Program-made: the position numbers and the translations under genes
Notes under the pieces: generated by a model
Database searches by the model: none
Seen by the model: only the letters and a program-made list of their open reading frames with translations
What the model was told of the DNA's origin: nothing
Source of the DNA: Macrostomum lignano
Lineage: Eukaryota
Direction: 5' to 3'
Assembly (NCBI GenBank): GCA_002269645.1
Contig: NIVC01004856.1
Span: forward strand, 1 to 33,126
Length of the DNA stretch: 33,126 bases
In this document: positions 23,466-33,126 of the stretch, in pieces
Numbering within the stretch: the first letter of the stretch is position 1
Layout of the letters: each line of letters starts with the position of its first letter

Positions 23466-23560
23466 AAGTATGACAGGCAAGCATGACAGATAAGCATGAC
23501 AGATAAGCGTGACAGATAAGCGTGACTGATAAGCATGACAGATAAGCGTGACAGATAAGC
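23466..23560 (+). repeat. 13-bp tandem repeat AGC(A/G)TGACAGATA in the 3' region of the P element
   Basis: About 7 copies seen directly. Confidence 0.9.
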
Positions 23561-23637
23561 AAACACAGTATTTAAGAAAGCGTGCCAAATAAGTAAAATA
23601 ATGAAGCACAGTGAGTACCCTAACCACATGCATCATG

Positions 23638-26272
23638 TCACAACTTCTTGAGCTTGCGGTTAGCAATAGCGCGATCTCTTTCCTTCCGCACAGTCTCCAT
23701 CTTCTCTCGGCACCACTGATGCAATCGCATGTGCACAAAAAGCCTTGCCGCTTGTGCATTGCTTTCGGCTCGATGTTCGATACAAAATGGAAGCTGCACA
23801 CCAACTCGCTCAAATCTGCCGAGGATTCTTGCCCCAATGGCATCAGCAGCTGCTGCTGTTGCCATTTCTCGACGAAAAATCTTCTCCATCTTGCAGAATA
23901 TCGCAACACATGCGCTCGACGGCTAAGTAAGGCCGTATCGAGAATCTTCAAAGTTTTTGTGGGTGAAGGTTCGAGCAGGTGACTCGTCTGTTACCAACTC
24001 ATCCTTACAGCTGTTGCATGCAAAAATTTGCAGCTTCCGAAAAATCCATCCTCCGATGTAAGGGACTACTTCAGTAGCCTCCACATTGTCAAATGCAATT
24101 TCTGTTGCAACGTCTCCATCTGCAGAAACTGCCCGATGCTGCTGGGGCTGCTCTGCAGCTGAAGTTGATGCAGCCGTGACCTTCTCACGTAAGTCACGAA
24201 TCTCAACTGCCATGGCATCACCATCGTCCTCACAGTTTGTGCCGTTCGCAAGCTTGCGTTCCATTTTGCCAGCACTGATGGATCGAAGTGCACCGAGAAA
24301 CGCATGCAGTTCGGCTTCTCGTTGAAGCCATTGCGGCCTCTCACCATGGAGAAAAAATTCTGCAGCAGAAACAAGAAGGCATGAACACTATATGTAACAA
24401 CTGAAAACCATTTTCAGGCAGATACTCACCTCAACATGATCCTGGGAAAAGCGTCGAAGGCACAAATACGACACACCAGCTTCCCTTAGGCCGAAGTGAA
24501 TGATGCGCTTCGCTGACTCGATAGAAAGCAGCCAGCCTTCTTTAAACGGCATGGTTGTCTTGCTCCTTCCACCTCTCACAGGCGAGAATCGCCATGTCAA
24601 AATGAATTCTTGCGCTGCTGATAGCTGGCTCAGTACCGTCTCAGCGGACTCTTCGGTAACTGCACCTTTTCCATGCTTGCCGAATAAACTAGCAGAGTTG
24701 AGAATGTCAAACATCTCGTTTACTTTCTCCACAAACTCAGCTGTCTGCAGAGCGGACTTCTCCATTCGATCATGATCAACCAGAACTCGCATGCCACTCG
24801 CAACGGAATGGCTGAAAACCTGCGCCGCCAGCGAGACTTTCATTTTCTGCGCGATGCCGGGACAGAAATGCGCATCTGTCAGTTTTACCGCCAGCTTCAA
24901 CTCTCGTCTGCGCTCAGACTCGTAGAATTCACGCAGGTGTCGCCAGGTGGCCCGCTTGTTGCCATTATACTCGATGTCGTGCTTAAGCAGGCAGTTTCTC
25001 GTATTTTTCAAGCAGTGAGGAACGTCCAGTATGAAGTACACGGGCTCGCCTGTAGTATGGATGTGGAAAGCTTGGCTGCGACAAGGAGACCGTCTTCCTG
25101 ATGTGAGCCCACTGTGTAGGCTCTTAATCAGTCACCACTGCCTTCACACAAATTTCTGCTTCATTAGCGGCCTTCAGGCATTCGTTGATGGCAGCCTTGA
25201 ATTCCGGCTGTTTTTGGCCGTGGTTGACTAAGTAGCAGGCGATGGGCTGTTTCCACGGGGCCACGATGCCTCGCAGTTGTGCAACAATGGCCTGATTCAC
25301 CGGCTTTGCATCTTCCAACGCCTCGAATCCTGAAGCCAGTCCAATAATTGCATCGCTATTCTTGTCAAACCTGACTGATGGAGAGATGCGCATTCCGTCC
25401 AGGCAGAGCGTAGCGATCTTTTCATCCCTAGACTTTCGTGAAAAGCAGGTCTTCAGTTCAGCGATGGTGAAGCTGCAGACTCCGGTATCCGAAAAAAATA
25501 ATCGAATTCTGCGCTTCAGAACTGTTTCGGATGAAAGCAGAAGGCCTGATTGCCTGCGTAGGAACCGATAAGCAGCAGGACTCAAGTGGTGAATCACAAT
25601 GGCTTCTCGCACCTGCTTGCGATTCCAGCGCATACCGCGATTTCGAATTCGGCGTGTTGCAACTGTCTGCTGTTCAGAAGTGGCAGTTGAAGCTCTTTGA
25701 AGCTTCTGCTTTAATCTTTTGATGACTCCATCTCGATATCGAGCTCTATCCCGCTGTTTCTTCCGCTCCTTTCGAATTTCGTTGCGGTTGTTTGTTGCCC
25801 TGTCTTCTGAACCAGTTTTATTCTGAGCGTCGGCTAGCATTGCGTGTAGCTCAGGCATCTCGACAGCATACGTATCTTCACAATGCAGAACTGGTGGATA
25901 CATGTTGTCAGCAATGTGGTCTGGTCGTGGCTCGACTTCAACCGATTCCTTCTCCAAGCGTGGTGGAAAAGTGTAGGGATTTGGAAGGGCATCTTTTCTA
26001 AGTCGAGCTGAACGTCGTTCGTGTAGTGGGCAGGAGTAATCGGTTTCTTTAAAATGCAGACTGCACACTTTCAGCCTCCGCTGCCGCACAAAATTTAAGT
26101 CAACATCGCGTAATTCAAGTATCTCTATCCAACGAACTGCTACCTGGTCATCGCTTGGAAATTTGTGTAGATGGACTGCAAATCCATGCACTGAAGCTGG
26201 AGTGTCCTCTGTAGTATAGCAGGCAGCTGCACAACAAGCGTGGCTACTAAGACGATTGATGATCAGCTCCAT
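23638..26272 (-). pseudogene. THAP + P-element transposase (THAP9-like), with a 70-bp intron (24360-24429)
   Basis: THAP CCAAAC...KFP...W...VCSLHF; CLDGM, WKQPIA, VVTD, DVPHCLKNTRN, QKMKVSLAAQVFS, spliced SQDHVE|NFFS, YIGG..C..C. Nonsense codons at 25124 and 23923, frameshifts near 25060 and 24290. Confidence 0.93.
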
Positions 26273-26490
26273 GGCTTACGTGCGAAGCAGCAGCTCACAG
26301 CCAGCGAGTTTTGAGCTCGCGATAGATTTATCAAATAAATTATTAAATGCAGAGTGCTGCGCTGGCAGCAGACAACTGACTGTCTATGGGCAAAACGCTG
26401 GGTTTTCGCGGCAGACGGCTGGCGGACGCAGTTTCCATTGCAAATTCGATGAGTGACCAATCTAGGTAATATAGAATCTGTGGCTACGGT

Positions 26491-26935
26491 CACCAAGTCT
26501 TAATATTTTTCTAGGCACATCAAGTAGACAAAACATCGAATAAATAATTATGAATTCTTGGACACTGAATTCTGTGCCAGAGCGAAGATTTCTACTTACT
26601 GCGCCTATAATGTGGTTCGAGAAAGCAAAAGGGATTGTTGACAAGCGTCCGGCTGCACCGTTTTTAACGATGTCAAATAAATGCCGTAGAACGTCGGAAA
26701 TGGACATTTAAGTGAACACAAGGCAGACGCAGTGAATCATCGCCTATGAAAAATCAGTCATAGCCATGCCGACTTTCATAGCCATTCATAAAATTGTTAG
26801 AATCTGTCGCTTCTTGTGCGGCGTTAACAAGACAAGCGTAGAAAATACTCCTTCCAGGTGGAAGCGTAAATCCACTTTCACATCTAAGCCGTTCTACGCC
26901 TTCTCTTTTTCTTCGGCAGTGCTGCGGCGACATCT
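26491..26935 (-). pseudogene. MULE/NOF-FB-like transposase remnant, 5' part
   Basis: GRSIFYACLV, then TDFS*AMIHCVCLVFT*MSISDVLRHLFDIV...SNHIIGAVSRNL, resembling the Mutator xDFSxALxxA...CxxH region. Confidence 0.45.
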
Positions 26936-26939
26936 CGAA

Positions 26940-27257
26940 AAGAGGTATATAGTGGTTGGTGGAGCATCTGTGCAATCAGCAAGCTGGCGGACTGTCATGC
27001 GAGCATCTTCATCCAGAAGTGCCTTGATGCGAGAGGCCAGTTCTTTGTTAAATGGATTCTTTGGGCGACCAGAGCGAGGGTGATCGCCAAGTTCCCCCTG
27101 GCCTCTAAGCCTTCAATCCAGTTGCGCACAGTGCGGATACTAACAGCGTGGTTCTGATAAGCAGCCACTAGTCTTCATGAATCTTGGTGGGATTCAGGTG
27201 ATTCTTCCACAAGATAAAAGCTGCTGCTCGCTGGGCCTCAGCGCTATGAGCATCCAT
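26940..27257 (-). pseudogene. Mariner transposase N-terminal (HTH) fragment
   Basis: PTKIHED/VAAYQNHAVSIRTVRNWIEG.../DHPRSGRP...LLDEDARMTVRQLA, with two frameshifts; catalytic domain absent. Confidence 0.8.
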
Positions 27258-27299
27258 AGAGAGATTAGGGCTTCTTGAACTTTAATCCTATAAAATATA

Positions 27300-28980
27300 C
27301 CTTTTTGCAATCAATTTCGTCGTTTTTGCGTTCAATTTCGACACGAGCGCTAGTGTGCAGTCTAAAAAACTGAGCCATAGACACTGGGCAACTTTTGCGT
27401 TCAAATTCGGCCGTGTTGCATTCTATTTCGGCAGCTTACGGCATCAGACATTCTCCATTTGAAATTACAGAAACTAGCCTCGCCGCTACAAAATAACCAT
27501 GGATACGCATGAACAATAAAGGACAATACAAATAAGAAACAACTAGACTTGAACAGTCAATTAGAAACAAATTTTAGTCCACAGAGTCTACAGAGTTTCG
27601 TTGGGTCGCATCACTTAAGCCAAAATATCCTTGGCATCCAGGCAACGCTGCACGTACGTCTGGCCGTGGTTCACCCATTGCAGACACTTGAACGGTGTAA
27701 TGTCCTGCGCTGCAATGCGCACCAAGCGTTGCAGCAGCCGAAGTCGATGTTGCTGCAGTGAGATGAACGCTGCTTGTGCAGCGGTCTGATCGCTGGCCTC
27801 CCGCTGCACCGCAGGCGACGAGAGAGCGCGCTTCAGCGCTGCCTTCAGGCATGAGCCTGCCTGCTCAGCGGCATTCAGGAATGGTGAATACGGGGGCAGA
27901 AACCGGCACTCATGACCTTCACCCAATCCTGGCACGTTCAGGTGCGCACGAGCGCCATCAACCATGAGCACGAATTCCTCCTCCTCTAACAGGACGTCCA
28001 ACTCGGTTAGAAAGTCTGCGAAATGGGCGTTGGTGAAGCCTCCCTGTATAGTGGTCAGGTGAATCAGGCCGTACACAGGCGAGATGACCAGGCAGATGGT
28101 TAGGTTCTGCCCTCGCTGGCCATTCAAAACCGAGACGGCACGCTGGCCTCGTGGAGCCCAGCCCTGACTGCGGAGTGTCCACAGATTGACACCGAACTTG
28201 TCAAGCCAGATCGTGTGGCGATGGACGCCTTCGGCCAGCATCCACTCAGCATGCATGCAGCGGGCCTCCTTGGTCACGGGAGTGTTCCAATCCACTGGAT
28301 TCCCTCTCATGAGCTTGAGAGTGATGAGTCTTCCATCCAGTACGCGGCTGATGGCAGACACTGACACATTCACTAGATTGGGGAATCCCTGCAGGATGTG
28401 GTTCCTCATCTGCGCCAGTGTTGCGCCAGGTTGGGTCTCCAGGAATTCGGTGATCGCATTCACCATCTCATCTGTCAAGCGACGCCTCTTTGCTCCGCCT
28501 TTTGGAAGAGGGTCCGCTCTGCCCTGGTCAGCGTAGGCTTTGATAATGCTTGCCGCAGTTTGGCGCGCAAAGCCCAGCACACGAGCGAGCGCTCGCCAGT
28601 CTGCATTGAAGTCGTAAGCTGCGATCAGTCTCTGTCGATCAACTGTCGTGACGCGCGTGTATTGTCCTCTTGGAGGCATTCTAGCCGGGAGCAGAAAGTA
28701 AAAACACCGAAACAGACTTGCGGAGACGACTATAGGCCTGCTTTCGGAGACAAATTTTTCATCCCACCCTCACTGAACGCGATCGAGTGAGAAAGTGTCT
28801 ATGGCAAAAACATTCGAACTGTGCCCACAGTGCCCATGTGATTGCGCTGCCGAAATAGGACGCAAAAAGGCCGAATTTGAACGCAAAAGTTGTCCAGTGT
28901 CTATGGCTCAGTTGTTTGGACTGCACACTAGCGCTCGCGCCGAAATTGAACGCAAAAACGACGAAATTGATTGCAAAAGG
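27300..28980 (-). mobile_element. IS630/Tc1-mariner superfamily element with TIRs of about 136 bp and TA TSD
   Basis: TA|CCTTTT(T)GCAATCAATTTCGTCG... at both ends (27300-27435, 28846-28980), internal TTTTGCGTTCAA repeats, TA at 27298-27299 and 28981-28982. Confidence 0.92.
27615..28679 (-). CDS. IS630-like DDE transposase, 354 aa, uninterrupted ORF, DD30E spacing
   Basis: N-terminal HTH, GGAKRRRLT linker, WLDKFG (D1), MVDGARAH (D2), FLPPYSPFLNAAE (E). Confidence 0.9.
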   Translation of the reverse strand: MPPRGQYTRVTTVDRQRLIAAYDFNADWRALARVLGFARQTAASIIKAYADQGRADPLPKGGAKRRRLTDEMVNAITEFLETQPGATLAQMRNHILQGFPNLVNVSVSAISRVLDGRLITLKLMRGNPVDWNTPVTKEARCMHAEWMLAEGVHRHTIWLDKFGVNLWTLRSQGWAPRGQRAVSVLNGQRGQNLTICLVISPVYGLIHLTTIQGGFTNAHFADFLTELDVLLEEEEFVLMVDGARAHLNVPGLGEGHECRFLPPYSPFLNAAEQAGSCLKAALKRALSSPAVQREASDQTAAQAAFISLQQHRLRLLQRLVRIAAQDITPFKCLQWVNHGQTYVQRCLDAKDILA

Positions 28981-29490
28981 TAAGTTCCGATTTTAGTAGG
29001 TTCATAGTTCTGTAGCTGTAGGTGTTTTTTGGGTCGCTGATTTAAAAAATGAAACCCATTTTGGCTACCACTAACTATTTTTTAGAACTTCGCTACCCCT
29101 CACAGAGCTACCACGCTAAGCGGGACATGGAGAATCAGGGATTTTGGGTAGGGTATAATATAATATTATATATATTATATTATATTATATTATAATAGAA
29201 GGTAAGGCTACTCCTTAGCCTTCATGCTACAGAAATAGAAGGCAAGAAACAATTAATTATTAATTAAATAAAGTATGGTGAAGCCTCATAGTGCTCACAA
29301 CTGCAAGCGTTCTATGAAGCTGCGGGCTTTATATTTCGTGTTTAACGTCTATGGCACTGAAATAGTGCTCGGAATTTTAGCTGACGCTATACCAGACAAA
29401 AGTACACATATTAGAAAAATGAAATGCAAAGGGTATGTCAACTGTGAGAAACAACTACAGTATATGGAGTAGCTGAAATCGTTTTTCCGC

Positions 29491-30650
29491 CTAATTATTG
29501 ATCACCACACTGCAGTTCGTCAGATGAAATTGAATTGAGACTTCTCCACTGCCGGATTGTTCTTGAGCTGCTCGCCGCACCTGCCGACCGTCGATTACTG
29601 CGGAGCAGTCCTGAAGTTGTATGTCACTTGTTTGTTTGTACTGACGCACGCCGACGATGCTTCTGTGACCAGTTGTCTCCATGATAAGTTGCTCATCGAC
29701 TCCAGCGCGGTACAGTCTCGTGGCACAAGACGCTCGCAGGCTGTTATTGCGTTTGTTACCCTGAATGCCGGACTCCTCACACAGACGTTTCACCATGGTC
29801 GACAGGGTGTTCTTACCAAGTGGACGCTTGGTATACCAGCATTTCGCACTATGATTGCGAATCGCCTGTAGGTAGAACCGACTGATGTCGGTCGGGCGCA
29901 CGCTAATAAACTTCTTACAACAACAACAACAACTAAAATACGCTGTCAGTGGAAAAAGGCAGCGTCACAGTGCACGCTTCATAGCCTTGGCGCGAACAAA
30001 GGCCGCACCGCCGGCAGTGTCCGGGGCGCCAGGATCGGCCAGCAGGCAGTCGACGAAATGCCGAGTTCGGGCCGGTAGGGTGCCTGCAGCGTTAGCAGCA
30101 GCACCTCCTGCACCGGCTGCGGGCAGTAGGACTCGGCGCAGATGATGTGGCCTGCCAGCTGGAGTCGCCGAAGTCGCAACTTCTTGAAGAGTGCAACATT
30201 ATGCGACTGGGGTCAGCCACGTCAGGAAAGTGTACAACCTCTTTGGGAGTAACACGCTTGTCCTTCAGGCCTCGAGTAAAGGTCTTAGAATTTCTTTCTA
30301 GGTAAATTAAGCACTCGGAACCGTCCCTGATTTCCACACGAAATTGTTCCACAGTGAGATTACAATGCTCATCGCGGCCCCGTAGAGCAAAATGTAGACC
30401 GTTGAGATAGAACAGGGTTCGAGTCAGTTGGTCAGGTGTTTTGTCACCTAGTTGTTGCTCCCTGAGTTGAGCCATTTGACTCCTCTGCTGCCGCTGCTCC
30501 AATTATTCTGGCGATGTCATGGTGGCTGCGAAGGTCACCACCAGCATTTAACACAGTGTCGATGTCAGATTGAAGCAATACATTGGGATCGAATCCACCC
30601 ATGAAATCATCGGTATAGTCAACTAGCGGATTTGTAATACGTGAATTCAT
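29491..30650 (-). pseudogene. Crypton-like tyrosine recombinase no. 3, internally deleted and interrupted by a LINE tail
   Basis: GLHFALRGRDEH, YLERNSKT..GLK, WYTKRPLGKNTL, RNNSLRASCATRLYRAGVDEQLIMETTGHRSIVGVRQY; LFKK|FISVRP is restored when the insert is removed. Confidence 0.88.
29917..30177 (-). mobile_element. 5'-truncated non-LTR retrotransposon (RTE-like) 3' end with (GTT)n tail and 8-bp TSD
   Basis: RLRRLQLAGHII.AESYCPQP (RRLxxAGH LINE C-terminal motif); tail at 29917-29933; TSD AACTTCTT at 29909-29916 and 30178-30185. Confidence 0.85.
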
Positions 30651-30689
30651 TGTCCAGAAGACACAGCCTGGCGTAATGACAAACTCAAC

Positions 30690-31017
30690 TGGCCATTATT
30701 TCAGCTGCATCTCGTCAGCTCAAGCCTATCATCAGCTTATTCATTTATAGTCTATGGCCCAACAGCTTTTTTATTTATAGTCTATGGCCCAACCACCGCC
30801 CTCTTTACGCAGTCGCACGCACGCAGACTCTTACCCTGAAATAATGACCGCTTCCGGCACGCTGAAATAATGGCCAGGCTGTGTTTTATAGACAATGACG
30901 TTGCGTAGTAGGTAAGGGGCTGAAATAATGACCAAACACGAGTGCTGATCCAAACACGAGTGCGCGTAGCGCACGAGTGTCTATGGCCATTATTTCAGCC
31001 CATTACCTACTACGCAA
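30690..31017. repeat. Cluster of CTGAAATAATG motifs and a 33-bp inverted repeat upstream of recombinase no. 3
   Basis: Five copies in both orientations; arms 30901-30933 / 30985-31017 with 2 mismatches. Confidence 0.75.
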
Positions 31018-31578
31018 TCTACCATTGCTGCAGAATAGGGCACACGCTGTAGAATAAAAATGGCTGTTAGTTTGATGGCTGATATAGCCTTCGTCTTCAA
31101 CAGACAGCAGCAGAAGAAGCAGCAGCTTTGTCCATAGACGACATCAAAATTTTCCGGGAATTATTTACTTGAAGCCCGTAAATTCAATGAGGCATCACCA
31201 TGCTCTATAAGAGATAAAGCACGCTTTTCCGGGCACTATTTTTTAATGCCCGAGAGCCGAAGGCCGAGAATCGAGAGCCGGGTGCCAACATTTGGTGGGG
31301 TAATTCAAGGCGGGTGTGGCGTCCCCCCAGTCCATGGACTGAACAGCCGAAAGGCTCGAGGGTGGTTGACTAAGAATATATTTTAAATTATTAATTCCAT
31401 TTACTTTATGTAAAGATTTTCTGAGTTTTTTTACTTTTTAAGTTGTTTATTATACAAGGAAAATTTTCTTAAATGCCAGTTTTCAGTGCTTGTAAAAGCC
31501 AGACGGAAGGCTAATTGAAAGTCAAGTGATATATGTAAATATCTTATTCTTTACAGCAAATAAAAAACTTCAAAAGTA

Positions 31579-32880
31579 CGAGGGGTGTTGCAAAACTTTC
31601 CGGACTGTGTTTTCTGTGAACGACGAGAATGTCCAAATGAGCTGAATTTTAGTCACAACTCCTTGCACATCTGCCCTATTGAAAGGTAGAAGGGCAAAAC
31701 GATTCGAAATGCTGATCAAAACTTCAAACGATTTTAAACATGGACCCAAGAACCTTACAGTACGATTTGGAAATTCAGATTGTCACTCGCTATCGCTGTC
31801 GCTGGTGTTCTCGGAAGTGTCACGCAGCTTGGGGATTGGCTCGCTCTACATATTCGCGTTCCATGGAAACGCACTTTTGGTAGCGCTCAACAATGAGCTT
31901 CGTGAAGCCAGCCTCCCAGAAGGTTGAATCCAGCTGACGCAGAGATTCGTTGGCAGCATTGATGACCTGCTCGCACGTTGTGAAGACTTGGCCTCGCATC
32001 GGCATCTTCATAGGGCCAAACAAAGTCGGCGCTGGTAAGGTCGGGACTGTAGGCTGGGTGCTTCAGTTGGCGGAAGCCAAGCTCCTCCACCTTGGCCTGT
32101 GTGCAAGCAGCAGCATGCGGCCGCACATTGTCCCACAGGATGAATGGCTGCTGGCCCATGATGCGTCGCTTGCTCAGAATCGCAGTGCGCAGACGGTTGA
32201 GCTGGTCGATGATGTAATTAGAATTGATTTTCTGGCCCTGTGGCAGGTAGTCGACTAGCAGCACACTGCAAGCGTCCAACCAGACGGTGCACATTACGTT
32301 TTGCGTCCATGCTGACTTCATGGCCTTTATGTGTGGATGGCGACCTTTGGGACCCCATTGCATCGACTGCTGCTTTGTCCGCGGATTGAACATTGGCAGG
32401 GGCGTTTCGTCGATGGTTATGACCAGCTCCTTGAACCTGCTGTCACCAATGTCGTTCCACAATGCCCAGTTCTCAAGAGAACACTGCACGCGCGCTCTTT
32501 TGTGCTCTGCAGTCATGCGACTCACATATGAATAGTGGATGCCACACACATTCCCAATTTCACGCACACATGCCGATGAATTGTCCTTCAGATATTCGAG
32601 GACAGCAACCGCGTTGCCTTCATCCGTGCTGGTGCGTGCTGGATGGACAGAACGAGGGCATCAGCAACGTTGGTGGCACCACCATTGGCAAGACGATGGT
32701 GTTCGAAAACTTGCGTCCGACCCAATGCGTGATCACCGAATGCAGTAACCACTTCGTTGAAGGTTTCCGTTGCCGTTTTTTCCTGCTGTTGACATGCGAA
32801 AATGTTCGTACAGAAGTTCGTACAGCTACAGCACACGCGATTCTGAACAATGATTTGTGCACAACGAATTGGCGCAAAAA
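31579..32880 (-). mobile_element. Mariner DD34D transposon, degenerate
   Basis: TATETFNEVVTAFGDHAL (HTH), TIDETP, WDNVRPH...HPAYSPDLTSAD (34 spacing); 3' TIR TA|CGAGGGGTGTTGCAAAAC; several frameshifts; 5' TIR not identified. Confidence 0.9.
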
Positions 32881-33126
32881 ATGTCAGAAAGTGTTCGCAA
32901 CGATTTTTTTAAACACAACACGGATCTGAAAGTGCCACGAGCTAACGTTTTAACAACGTGCACGCGGGACAAGGTGACCAAAAGGACTACTGAATTGGGT
33001 AATGGTTAAACGGTTTACGATTCACAATACGATTGACTAAAATGCACAATTTAGCGACTGAAACAGTTCAAGCATGACACTACTGCGAGCAATAATTAAT
33101 TTTTTTTATCACGAGAAAGGTGACGA

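Larger units (their letters stand above)
23179..26482 (-). mobile_element. Full-length P-element-superfamily transposon (3304 bp)
   Basis: Perfect 32-bp TIRs CACAGATTCTATATTACCTAGATTGGTCACTC (23179-23210, 26451-26482); 8-bp TSD GCTACGGT (23171-23178, 26483-26490); THAP9-like ORF inside. Confidence 0.95.

Noticed and set aside
30696-30735. Second hammerhead candidate (CTGATGA / CTGACGA ... GAAA on the minus strand)
   Set aside because: No valid stem II or stem III and no cleavage triplet

Overview
Eukaryotic (invertebrate animal) genomic DNA; the repeat-choked introns and TE content look flatworm-like, but the species cannot be established from sequence alone. Positions 506-5496 (+) hold the last six exons of a DNA-PKcs (PRKDC) gene (end of FAT region, PI3K-like kinase domain, FATC). 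Each intron carries its own tandem repeat, and there are four apparent 1-nt deletions in the first two exons. A 2.3-kb (TCTG)n tract follows, then an internally deleted BEL/Pao LTR retrotransposon (+) that ends in an inverted copy of its own LTR start. From 14.4 kb to the end is a dense, partly nested transposon graveyard in which all 12 orientable elements lie on the minus strand: a Penelope-like 3' end with a minimal hammerhead ribozyme, a solo LTR, three Crypton-like (DUF3504) tyrosine recombinases, three mariners, a MULE-like remnant, a full-length P element, an intact IS630/Tc1-like DD30E element and a LINE tail. Also present are a TTAA-flanked foldback element with 347-bp arms around a 151-bp satellite, several MITE-like palindromes, and an 8-mer (CCATAGAC) that recurs near the ends of unrelated elements. 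All family calls come from manual motif recognition; no database search was run.
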